Origin: an uncultured virus (IMG/VR IMGVR_UViG_3300008110_007658)
Taxonomy: Duplodnaviria > Heunggongvirae > Uroviricota > Caudoviricetes
Virus record (IMG/VR): IMGVR_UViG_3300008110_007658
DNA length: 64,000 nucleotides
Direction: 5' to 3' (one strand)
The notes below the pieces were generated by a model that worked only from the letters and a program-made list of their open reading frames with translations, did not search any database and was not told the origin of the DNA. Position numbers and translations under genes: made by a program. Below, piece after piece: positions 29,950 to 39,844 of the stretch; position 1 is the stretch's first letter, and each line of letters starts with the position of its first letter.

Positions 29950-30021
29950 TGGGCGATACTGGATTCGAACCAGTGACCATCTCCGTGTAAAGGAGGCACT
30001 CTACCGCTGAGTTAATCGCCC
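29950..30021 (-). tRNA. tRNA-Val(TAC)
   Basis: CTCC-TTTACAC-GGAG; cloverleaf. Confidence 0.92.
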
Positions 30022-30203
30022 GAAAGGTGATGAGTGACCATCACCCGCAGAAGACACTTTCTGCAAAAGAAAACACCAAACCTTATTTTTCCTGTTCTCA
30101 GGAAGGCACCCAAATGGGGTGGGAGACCTTGCAAGGGTTTATACCTCCAAAGTTTGTCCAGCATTTTCAATTTGAAAGAACCAGACATTTCCAGTTCTTC
30201 CAA

Positions 30204-30275
30204 CTCCCCCTCCTGGATTCGAACCAGGGACCCTACGATTAACAGTCGTTTGCGCTACCGCTGCGCCAAGGAGGA
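30204..30275 (-). tRNA. tRNA-Asn(GTT)
   Basis: ACGA-CTGTTAA-TCGT; cloverleaf. Confidence 0.92.
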
Positions 30276-30295
30276 ATAAGAACCTTAAGGTTCAG

Positions 30296-30367
30296 AGCGG
30301 AGTATCGGAATCGAACCGACGACATCTAACTTGGAAGGATAGCGTTCTACCGCTGAACTAACTCCGC
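30296..30367 (-). tRNA. tRNA-Gly(TCC)
   Basis: Acceptor GCGGAGT/ACTCCGC, loop CTTCCAA, U discriminator. Confidence 0.92.
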
Positions 30368-30385
30368 TTATAAGACAATCATAAA

Positions 30386-30422
30386 CTAAACCCAGCGCGT
30401 CTACCAATTCCGCCACATCGAC
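30386..30422 (-). pseudogene. 5' half of tRNA-Leu(TAG)
   Basis: GTCGATGTGGCGGAATTGGTAGACGCGCTGGGTTTAG then no T-arm or acceptor 3' strand. Confidence 0.8.
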
Positions 30423-30426
30423 AAGG

Positions 30427-30500
30427 CGCCTCAGGTTGGATTCGAACCAACGGCTAACCGCTTAGAAGGCGGATACTCTAGTCCACTGAGTTACTGAGGC
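30427..30500 (-). tRNA. tRNA-Arg(TCT)
   Basis: CCGC-CTTCTAA-GCGG; cloverleaf. Confidence 0.92.
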
Positions 30501-30575
30501 ATAAAGTAGGTTCCTATCGCCGCCACTCCTGAACCTACCGAAGGGGAGTGCCGCAGTTGATTTCTCAACTCTGTT

Positions 30576-30604
30576 ATCATACCAGTTAAGGATCTGATTG
30601 TCAA
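30576..30604 (-). promoter_or_regulatory. sigma70 promoter within tRNA cluster
   Basis: TTGACA-17-TATGAT. Confidence 0.75.
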
Positions 30605-30606
30605 GG

Positions 30607-30688
30607 TGGGCAGGACTGGATTTGAACCAGTGAAGGCAGAGCCGTCTGATTTACAGTCAGATTCCTTTAACCACTCGGAAACCTACCC
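30607..30688 (-). tRNA. tRNA-Tyr(GTA)
   Basis: TCTGA-CTGTAAA-TCAGA; long variable arm. Confidence 0.93.
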
Positions 30689-30703
30689 GACTCATTAATC
30701 TTA

Positions 30704-31102
30704 TCACTCCTTAGGGCAGTCGTCAACCCATGGAGCACACAATCTCATTTCACCTCCAAGAACTGATTGGGCATAAGACCCATCTGGTGGTTTCTCTGAG
30801 TATCGTGGTTTAGGCATTCTAACCTTTCCATCGTCTCCTGTCAAGCGTTCATACTCTGCGATTGCTGCATCAACATCACGCTTGATTCTTCTTTCAAGTT
30901 TCTTATCATCCTTAATCACAAACTCATTAAGTATTGTGCCTGGAAAATATTTTCTTTGAATTTCGTCCAGTAAGTCCCAAAGACCAGTCTCAGAAACTCC
31001 TGTGCATTGTGAGAGTGCTGCAATAATAGAAGATAGTACTATACCGATTATTGCGTATTGTTTTATATCTGGTTTCTTTTTTCCAAAGTTAAAATTAAAC
31101 AT
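30704..31102 (-). CDS. hypothetical membrane-anchored protein
   Basis: 132-aa ORF with N-terminal TM. Confidence 0.7.
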   Translation of the reverse strand: MFNFNFGKKKPDIKQYAIIGIVLSSIIAALSQCTGVSETGLWDLLDEIQRKYFPGTILNEFVIKDDKKLERRIKRDVDAAIAEYERLTGDDGKVRMPKPRYSEKPPDGSYAQSVLGGEMRLCAPWVDDCPKE

Positions 31103-31148
31103 AAAAAAGGGGAGGTCTGCAGCACTCCCCCTTATTTATTCTATTGTA

Positions 31149-31747
31149 TCAAACTTCTACCGGAATCAGTCGGTTAGCATACTCATGAGCATACGATGTA
31201 CGGGCACCATGAATGCCCCAACCAATCCAACTATACGCATAGTCCATGTAACGATCGATAGACTTACCAGGAACCTTCATCCTATCTTCAATTCGTTTCC
31301 ATTGAACCTCAGTCGTTAGATAACCAAGTTGCGTTTGAAGAGATGATGGATTTCCACCAAATCTCCTAGCAAAATCACCCAATCCATAATAACGATCGGC
31401 AGATGTCCATTGGATCAGACCATAACCACGTCCGCAGTGATGGTACTGAGTCCTACTACCACCTTCACAAATATTAGGCACGAACATAGATTCCTGCTTA
31501 ATATTGCCCAGGATAGTAGCAAGGGCGTTTCTGTCTTTAATTCCTGTTCTGAACACCCTTTACAAATTAGCCTTTTCTCTTTTGGCTTTTCGGGAGCAAC
31601 CTCTTTGGTCGCTGTCGTAGTTTCAAACTCCTTAATAACAGAAAACGGCACTGGAGGTGTCGTCAAAGGAGGAAATACAGGCAGTGTTGCCATATTGGTT
31701 GTAACCGATGCCAGAAGGGGCAGGGCTACAGTAAAGATGTTTTGCAT
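31149..31747 (-). CDS. phage tail lysozyme-like (Phage_lysozyme2) protein, frameshifted at 31544/31545
   Basis: ILGNIKQES and GYGLIQWT motifs; N-part with signal-like sequence lies in another frame. Confidence 0.78.
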
Positions 31748-31902
31748 TAATTTTAATTGAACTCTACATCCGTATAGAAGGGGGGTATACCAACCCTCTC
31801 GGGAGGCACCTTCCACGGCTCTAATTGTCACTCACTTTCTCATAATAAGAAACCCACCTTTTGAGTGGGTTGTAAGCATTATAAGTTTTTATTTAGATTC
31901 TG

Positions 31903-32076
31903 TCAATCTTCTGGTTCTAGAGAGACAATTTCAAGTTCATCACCTTCGGGTTCAATCCATTCATAAAACTCTGCAAGAATAGCACGAGCATCCTCTTTAT
32001 CTACATTCATATCTGCAGCACGATCAAGTGACCAGGTTCTTACGTGTGCGACAATATCTTCAGTCGTTGCGTTCAT
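31903..32076 (-). CDS. hypothetical acidic protein
   Basis: MNATTEDIVAHVR...; promoter TTGACG-17-TATAGT at 32105-32133. Confidence 0.65.
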   Translation of the reverse strand: MNATTEDIVAHVRTWSLDRAADMNVDKEDARAILAEFYEWIEPEGDELEIVSLEPED

Positions 32077-32171
32077 AATAATCTTTTCTGAAGTAGGTTC
32101 CTCCACTATAGGAGCACTTGGTTCTTCCGTCAAGTGCTCCAAAAAATTTTTAATCAATCTCAAAAATTTCA

Positions 32172-33428
32172 TCAATTAGTACTCTTTGATAATCTCTCTT
32201 TTCTTTCTTTTTGTCTTTGCTTTTTAACTGCTGCCGCCATTAAATCTCTATGAGTAATAGTTGAACCAACAACAATATCCTTTACCTTACCTTCAACTTC
32301 GTGAGCGCCGCCAGCCCTATGCTCTACTCCTTTTTTATTTGCTGGAGTATTTTTTCCTCTAGTCATCATCAAATTTTTAGGATGGTGCCCGTGATATATT
32401 CCAACTTTAGCATCTTTCTTTTTTCTTTCTTCCCATTTAGAATCACTCATACTAGATTTAATTTTATCAGAGTGGTGAGTTGGTGTAATGTGGTGTGCTT
32501 CATATCCGCGAGATTTGATATGTTTTTCTTTTCTTTTAGCAGTTTCTTTTTCTTCAGGAGAACTTAAAGAATCAATTCTTGCTTTTCTTGCTGTTGCTTG
32601 TCCCTTTCTATTTGACTTTGAGACAACTCTCCAATTTGGATTTTCAGAACTTCCAGAATTATTAAGAGAATAATCATTAGGATTTTCTTTCGCTTGTCTC
32701 AATTTTTCCGCTTCTTCTCTAGAACGACCCTCCAAAACAAAATAACACTCATACATAAACTCACCAAAAGTTTTTCTATGATAAGAATCACTCAACTTAG
32801 CCATTTGAACACCAGTCTTTGGATTTCTTTCTCCCATACCCAACTTCTTATAAATTCTACCTCTCTGTTCTGCTCCCTCTTCACCACTTCTACTCTTTTT
32901 ACCCTTGGACTTGGCAGAATCAATAGAAGTTGGTGTATTTGTAGCGACACCTTTTTTGGATTTTACTGCATCTTTAGCACCTCTAAGAGCACCAACAAAT
33001 TGCCTTGCTCTTTGTCCGGGATCTTTAACTTTTGATTTTGGAGAACCAACAGTAATATCGTGAACTGGAGAATCTTTTTTAGCACCAGTTCTACCGAATT
33101 GTTTTTTCAATTCTTTACTTTGTGGTTTATCACCTTCTCTATGCTGCTTTCTTGCGGTATGTGCGGCATAATCTCCGGGGGTCTTATGAGTTCTCACCCA
33201 CACAGGAACATCTTTTCCACTCTTTTCTACTTCGGGTTCTCTAATTGGACCTTTTTTTCTAAATCCAGCACGAGAAACATCTTTTCTAGCAGCACCTTCA
33301 GAACCTCGCATATTCATAGTTCCAGAAGGTCTAACCTTCCTACCTTTCATTAAGGTTCTTTCTTCAAGTTGATTCTCAACAACTTCCAAATATGCTTCTT
33401 GAAGATTGCGAAGTTCTTGTGCGTCCAT
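32172..33428 (-). CDS. basic putative internal-head protein with C-terminal HNH-like domain
   Basis: N-terminal ELRNLQEAY leader, internal KTFGEFMYE, EAHHITP...HHPKNL...H. Confidence 0.6.
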   Translation of the reverse strand: MDAQELRNLQEAYLEVVENQLEERTLMKGRKVRPSGTMNMRGSEGAARKDVSRAGFRKKGPIREPEVEKSGKDVPVWVRTHKTPGDYAAHTARKQHREGDKPQSKELKKQFGRTGAKKDSPVHDITVGSPKSKVKDPGQRARQFVGALRGAKDAVKSKKGVATNTPTSIDSAKSKGKKSRSGEEGAEQRGRIYKKLGMGERNPKTGVQMAKLSDSYHRKTFGEFMYECYFVLEGRSREEAEKLRQAKENPNDYSLNNSGSSENPNWRVVSKSNRKGQATARKARIDSLSSPEEKETAKRKEKHIKSRGYEAHHITPTHHSDKIKSSMSDSKWEERKKKDAKVGIYHGHHPKNLMMTRGKNTPANKKGVEHRAGGAHEVEGKVKDIVVGSTITHRDLMAAAVKKQRQKERKERLSKSTN

Positions 33429-33442
33429 TTTACAAATACTTT

Positions 33443-34033
33443 TTAGGTATTTATTAATTTACACATATAACCTTTGTGTTGTTTAAATTTTCCCTTTGCC
33501 ACATTACACATATTTGACGCATCAATTCCTTCACTCTTACAAAACTCATTCAATCCTTTAACAATCAAAACTTCACCATTAGGTTTCATAACTTCGTAAG
33601 TTTTCATTTGATTTGGTTGAGCAACAAATTTTCCTTTCTTTGCTTTACTGATTTTATCTTTAACTTCTTGACTTCTTGGAATACCTCTAAATTTTTCTGC
33701 TTGTTTTTGGTAATGTTCTGGCGGAAGAACCGATTTTCTTCCTTTGAGAGTATTTCTTATCTTTTTTTTCCAGTTCTTAACTTCTTCTGGCTTTTCTCCC
33801 AACCATTTTTTAAAGTTTCTTCTAGAAAGTTCTATTCTCAAATCTTCTACTCCTTCAGTTTTACCTGAAAGCATACGAGAAGCAATATCATCTTCAATAT
33901 TACCATACACTTCAAACAATCTCCTATGAACCTCTGCGTGTGCCCACAGAGGAAGTTTCACAAGATTACTTGGTTCATCAGTTCCTCCCATATATTTTGG
34001 AACTATGTGATGTATATGGTAAATCTCTTTCAT
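33443..34033 (-). mobile_element. HNH homing endonuclease with NUMOD3-like repeats
   Basis: HIHHIVPKYMGGTDEPSNLVKL...HAEVH; RSQEVKDKISKAKKGK. Confidence 0.87.
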
Positions 34034-34055
34034 TTGCAGGATGTTGCCGTTATAG

Positions 34056-34493
34056 TTATTTATCAAAGTAATCTTTTCTAAAATATCTTGAAAGTATATT
34101 TGAGTTATAAAATGCAGGAGTTCCATCTTCTAATGCCTCAGTCAAAACTCCTTTTACAAATAATTGTCTTGTTTCCTCAAAGTTTGTTTTGCCCTTTGTT
34201 TTATGTAATGATACGATAGTTCTACTAAAATTTTCTCTGCCGTATTTAATAATATCTTCTTTAAGTTCCGGACAAGACCCATAGTATTTTTTCCAATCTG
34301 ATTCTGATTTTACTTTTCGTTTTTTCCCTTTAGGAGTTCTAAAACTCCATAGATATTTTCTACCAATATATTTCCTACCATTAAGATTATTCTGGATAAG
34401 ATAAACAAAACCAAAAAAATCTTGGATATCATCGGAAGTAAAAGGTTTTCCATTATAAACCCAAGGATTTTCATAGTCAATATCTGTACTCAT
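34056..34493 (-). CDS. GIY-YIG-like endonuclease
   Basis: FGFVYLI...KYIGRK, YYGS. Confidence 0.8.
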   Translation of the reverse strand: MSTDIDYENPWVYNGKPFTSDDIQDFFGFVYLIQNNLNGRKYIGRKYLWSFRTPKGKKRKVKSESDWKKYYGSCPELKEDIIKYGRENFSRTIVSLHKTKGKTNFEETRQLFVKGVLTEALEDGTPAFYNSNILSRYFRKDYFDK

Positions 34494-34789
34494 TAACAAT
34501 ATCAAGAACTTCGTTAAGATATTTATTGGCGAGTCCTTTCATATCCATTTCAGGACGAATATGTTCTTTGTAAAGTTTGTCTTTTAATTTTAAGACACGA
34601 ACCTTTAGTTCATCTTTGGTAAGTTGATTTTTTGGCATAAAAAAAGGAGGATTAACCTCCCCTATCTATGCAACATCATTACTATTTGTTCCGTTCCAAA
34701 CATAAGAGTAATCGTAATCACCAAATAAAAAAAGATCTGTTTCCGCAGCATCTTTATATGCGTTCAGGATCTCCTGTTCACACCATTCA

Positions 34790-35940
34790 TCATAGTTTGA
34801 ATCCTGAGAAAGTATTTTTGGTAACATCCTGTTTAATGCCTCCTACGACATAGGATTCTACTTCAGTTTCCTGTGGAGCAACCTGAAGACCTTTGGAAGA
34901 AATCCAGTGTTGAGTCCAAGGAAGTGGATTATTGTTTGCCGAAATATCGTATTGTGGTTTTAGACCAATCGCTTTAAGTCTACGATTTGCAATCCATTCA
35001 ACATATTGCTGAAGAAGTTTATCATTAAGTCCAATCATGCTTCCATCTTTGAACAGATAGTCTGCCCATTTCTTTTCTTCATTTACAGCACGATCAAACA
35101 TCTTATAGACCCACTCTTCTTCTTCCTTTGCAATTTGTTGCATCTCTGGGTCATCACCTTCTCTCCACTTATTCAGAATATTCTGAGTAAGTGCTAGGTG
35201 TTGATTTTCGTCTCTTGCAATGAGAGAGATGATTTTAGCGGATCCTTCCATAAGCTTAAGTTCACCAAAGGCGAAACTACAAGCAAAACTAACGTAGAAG
35301 CGAATACCTTCAAGAATATTAACGTTTGCGCTTTTGCGTATGAGACTCCCTCAAGTCTGTGCATCCAAGTATCAGATACACCATACTGTTGTGCCGATTG
35401 AATAAAGTCATCATAAGACTCTGTAACGCTCTTAGCACGCTCTAGAATGCGGTTGTCGTTGATGATAGTATCAAATACCTCAGAAGGGTCTGAATAGATA
35501 TTTTTGATGATGTAGGTATAAGAACGACTATGAATCATTTCCATAAATCCCCACACCTCCATACATGCTTCCAATTCAGGAAGTGAGCAATATGGAAGAA
35601 ATGCCATACCAGGACCACGACCCTGAACACTATCAAGCATAATCTGATACTTCAGATTAGAAGTGTAGATATGCTTCTGTTCAGGACGGAGAGTTTGATA
35701 ATCTCCACGATCCTTCTGGAGAGATACCTCTTCAGGTCTCCAGAAGTATCCTAGTTGCTGAGTTGTGAGTTTTTCAAAGATAGGATATTTGTATGAATCA
35801 TATCTTTGAACTCCAAGAGGAGCACCAAAGAACATTGGTTGTTTTTTTCTATCAATGTTTTCGGTATTAAAAACTGTCATTCCTTTGATTTGGGTTGGAT
35901 TTTCTTCAACTGAAGAAATTTTAAACTGCACAGGATTCAC
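34790..35940 (-). CDS. nrdB: ribonucleotide reductase beta subunit, frameshifted at 35330/35331
   Basis: FWRPEEV, LDSVQGR, EMIHSRSY in one frame; NILEGIRFY, IARDENQH, VAPQETE in another. Confidence 0.93.
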
Positions 35941-38097
35941 ACTCTCCCTCCTCTACTGAACTTAATTCGTTAATCAAATCTTGCAAATTGGGTTTCTCTT
36001 CAACTACCTCATCAGTCTTAATATCATAAGTGTTTTGGTAGTAAGAAGTTTTCCACCCGTACTTGTATGTAGTCAAAAAGTCATTTGCCATCACTGACAC
36101 AGGAACTTCATTATCGGCATAATTTTCTGGATTATACGACCAGTTTCCAGAAATCGCTTGATCGAAGAACTTTTGCATAACCGCAACAACATTAATATAA
36201 CCAGTGTTGCTAGGCATATCCCACAGAAGCGTATAATTGTTCTTAAGAGTTGCATACTGAGGAACAATCTGTTTGAGTGGTCCCTTCTTCGATTTCTTAA
36301 TGGACAGGTATCCACGAGGTGGTTCAATTCCATTGGTTGCGTTTGACACAACGGAACTGCTCTCCGATGGCATCTGTGCGGACAGTGTTGAGTGCCTGAG
36401 ACCGTGTTCCAGGATAGATGCTCTAAGAGTTTCCCAATCATGCTGGAGTGGAATAGAAGAGATTTCGTCTACATCAGTTTTGTATGTGTCAATCGGAAGA
36501 ATACCATCAGCATATTTTGTACGACCAAAGTATTCACAATGACCTTTCTCTTTAGCAACTTGATTGGATGCTTTCAGTAGGTAATATTGGAACGATTCCG
36601 AAAGACCATGAACTGCATCCCATGCCTCTTGAGAGTCGTATTTAAATCCAAGTTTTGCCAAATAATGAGCAAGACCAATATAACCAATACCAAGAGAACG
36701 ACGTGCCTTGGTGCCGATTTCTGCGGCAATTACGGGGTATTTTTGATAATCAATCAACTCATCCAATCCACGAACAGAAAGATCGCAAAGTTCTTCTAGT
36801 TCTTCATCAGACTTCACTTTACCAACATTGATGGCAGAAAGAATACAGAGAGCAATTTCCCCATTAGGGTCATCAATATGCTGAAGAGGATAAGTTGGTA
36901 AAGTAATTTCTTGACACAGATTGCTCATCTCAACTTTATCCTTAAAGGAAGAGTGGGAGTTGCAATGGTCAATGTTCATAATGTAGATACGACCCGTTTC
37001 AGCACGTTCTTTGAGGAGACTAAGAATGAGTTCCTGTGCCTTAACAGTTTTCGACGGAATGGACGAATTGTTCTCATATTCAACATATAAATCGTCAAAC
37101 TTGTCTGTTCCGAAAGAATCATAAAGTCCAGGTACATCGTGCGGGGAGAAAAGTGTAATCTCACCATCCTGAATAAATCTTTCATAGAATAGTTTGCTAA
37201 TTTGAATTGAGTAGTCCAGTTTACGGACACGATTATCCTCAGTTCCTTTGTTATTTTTAAGAACTAGAATGTCTTGGATTTCTTGGTGCCAGATTGGGAA
37301 GTGGACAGTTGCTGATCCACCTCTGATGCCATTTTGAGTGCAGCATCGGACAGTTGCTTCAAACTTCTTGAGGAAAGGGACAACACCTGTGCGAGGGAGT
37401 CATCAACATCAACAAGAACACAGCTTGCAAATTGTCGAAGTGGAGTTCGCACTCCTGCCATGATAGGTGTGGGAATGTTGATTTTGTGCTTTGAGATTGC
37501 GTCATAATACTTCTTGACGTAAGAGAGTCTTGTTTCTTTTGGATATTCGGCAAAGATAGTAAGAGCAATCATTGCATACATGAACTGGGGAGTTTCATAT
37601 ACACCACCAGCACTCCTATCCTGCACAAGATACTTATCAACTACCTGACGAAGACCTGCATAGGTGAAAAGAAAATCTCGATCATGGTCAATAAAACTAT
37701 TTACTTTATCAATTTCTTCTTTGGAATATTTGTTAAAGATTTCATTATCATAGACTTCTTGATTTACACAAACGTAGATGTGATGCTCTAGATGTGGCAA
37801 CTCTAACATCTTTCCATAAAGTTGCTTACGAACTGCAAAAAGAAGGAGGCGAGCAGCAACATACTGATAGTTAGGGTGATCCAAATCAATTAGATCACTA
37901 GCACTACGAATCAAAATTTCTTGAATTTCTCCCGTAGTGATTCCATCATAAAATTGAATGCCCGATGTCATCTCAACTTGACTCGCAGAGACGCCTGCAA
38001 GACCCTTACACGCCTCTTCAACCATTAAGTGCATCTTATCTAGGTCGAGAGACTCAATTCGCCCATCACGCTTTTTAACTTTGGTGCCGTTGGTCAT
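35921..38097 (-). CDS. nrdA: ribonucleotide reductase alpha subunit, frameshifted at 37391/37392
   Basis: ATP cone, QFASCVL; then TGVVPFLKKFE...SNLCQEI...KTSYY...CESCAV continuous in a second frame. Confidence 0.94.
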
Positions 38098-39068
38098 ATT
38101 TTCTTCCAGGTAGTAAATTTAAGTTTTGCTTCTAAACCAGAGTAAGTATTTAATTCTATCACAGACTGCACATTCAGTCCAGCAATAACCATATCATTAA
38201 TGTCCTTCTCCTTTATTGAGGAAGGCCAGATTACAACTTTCTCTCCATTTGAAATGCATTTTTCGATTCTGTTGTGGATTTCTCCATTACGTGGTTCGTT
38301 ATCATAAATCCAAACGCGATTGCTAATACCCCACTTACCAACATCACCATCAGCTCCACAAAGAGCAATTGAGTTGCGAATGAAAGTTGAATCAAAGGGT
38401 CCTTCTGTGATGTAGACAGTTTCATTTTTTTGTACTTCATCGAGACCATAGATTTTTGGTGCATCATCATTAATCATCACAGTGATATATTTAACCTTGC
38501 TTGGACCAAGGGATCTTCCTTGAAATCCAATAAGTGTATTTTGATAGAACAGGGGAATAATAATCCTTGGTTCATCATATTTTGTACTATCAAATGTTTT
38601 CTTTAAAGAGTTGGACCACTCCTTAAATTTTTCAGTGTAATAGAATTTATTTGGATTTATTTTTCTTTTTACCAAATAATCATTAGCATCAGGATTTTCC
38701 GATGCTTTTGGCAAATCAAGTTTTGGTTTAAATATTGGAGTTTCGAAATTAAAAACGGGTTCTTCTACAACAAAGTTTTTACCAGTTTTTCCCTCTTTAA
38801 ATTTTTCAAAAGTGTATTGTTTGTGAATTACTAAATCTATCTCTTTAAGAAAATTATTGAAAGAGATATTAACACCACAATTATGGCATTTATAATTTGT
38901 ATTATTTTTTACCTGATACAAATATCCCCTTGCTTTACTTTTGTTTCTCTGAGAATCTCCACAGATAGGACAGCGAAAGTTGTAGAGATTATTCTTTATC
39001 TTCTTGAACTTCTGAAAGCGAGAAGATATCAAATTGATGTACTTAACATCAACAAAATCCATAATCAA
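38094..39068 (-). CDS. gp61: DNA primase
   Basis: FRCPICGDS, CHNCG, TEGPFDS, YDNEPRN, KDINDM. Confidence 0.95.
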   Translation of the reverse strand: MIMDFVDVKYINLISSRFQKFKKIKNNLYNFRCPICGDSQRNKSKARGYLYQVKNNTNYKCHNCGVNISFNNFLKEIDLVIHKQYTFEKFKEGKTGKNFVVEEPVFNFETPIFKPKLDLPKASENPDANDYLVKRKINPNKFYYTEKFKEWSNSLKKTFDSTKYDEPRIIIPLFYQNTLIGFQGRSLGPSKVKYITVMINDDAPKIYGLDEVQKNETVYITEGPFDSTFIRNSIALCGADGDVGKWGISNRVWIYDNEPRNGEIHNRIEKCISNGEKVVIWPSSIKEKDINDMVIAGLNVQSVIELNTYSGLEAKLKFTTWKKI

Positions 39069-39086
39069 ATTTTAATCTGTCTATGT

Positions 39087-39114
39087 ATTCTACCAGACTA
39101 TCACGCTTTGTCAA
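39087..39114 (-). promoter_or_regulatory. sigma70 promoter for primase-nrd genes
   Basis: TTGACA-16-TAGAAT. Confidence 0.65.
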
Positions 39115-39228
39115 GGCAGAGAGAAGTCATTATTCCTGTCCATTTAATAACGGAATTTGTTATTTTTTGTAGAGAATAAACGGACGGTTTCTTTTTTGTC
39201 TTCATGGCAACAAGTGCCAAATTCAATA

Positions 39229-39645
39229 TTATTTATTTCTTGTTTGCTCTACCTTTGGTGCAAAATTATCGGCAATAAAATTTGTAGCAATTGGTATAAT
39301 AATAACACATAATGAAATTATTCCTGCTGCCATCCACCTAAACTTTGATAATGACTCTACCTTTTCTTCAACCTTATCTATTCTTTCAGTTAACTCTTTA
39401 CTAATAGCCTCATGCTGTTGCTTCGAGGATTCTTTAATATCTTCAATCATTCTAACAATTAGGTTATCTGTTCTATTACACTGCTCAATCTTTTCATTAT
39501 GAACAGCAAGCATTTGACTGATATTTTGACTTGTCTCACCAATCTTTTGAATTGCTGTATCAATTCGTTCCATCATCTGCTCATATACAGATAATCTTTC
39601 TTCCAATATTGCTATTTTTGTGTCAGTAGATGATGGTTGGAACAT
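39229..39645 (-). CDS. coiled-coil protein with C-terminal TM
   Basis: 138-aa ORF. Confidence 0.7.
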   Translation of the reverse strand: MFQPSSTDTKIAILEERLSVYEQMMERIDTAIQKIGETSQNISQMLAVHNEKIEQCNRTDNLIVRMIEDIKESSKQQHEAISKELTERIDKVEEKVESLSKFRWMAAGIISLCVIIIPIATNFIADNFAPKVEQTRNK

Positions 39646-39646
39646 T

Positions 39647-39844
39647 TTATTTTTTCTGCCAACGTTTACGAGAACCTGGAGGAAGTTTAATCTGGGGACC
39701 TTTTCTTTTTTTCAATCCCATAACAGGGTCAAATCCAGCAACAGGTCCTTTTGGATCTGCAGAACCAGTAAATCCACCAGCACCCGCTGCCATCATTTCT
39801 TCTCTAACTATTGAAATAATCCAATCAAGTTTCTTGGGATCCAT
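39647..39844 (-). CDS. small hypothetical protein
   Basis: MDPKKLDWIISIVREEM...AGFDPVM. Confidence 0.55.
   Translation of the reverse strand: MDPKKLDWIISIVREEMMAAGAGGFTGSADPKGPVAGFDPVMGLKKRKGPQIKLPPGSRKRWQKK

Noticed and set aside
30506..30572. HDV-like theta ribozyme
   Set aside because: No P3/L3/P1.1 elements and not abutting a tRNA 3' end
36976..37230. 84-aa ORF that might be an endonuclease splitting nrdA
   Set aside because: Off-frame reading of continuous nrdA coding sequence
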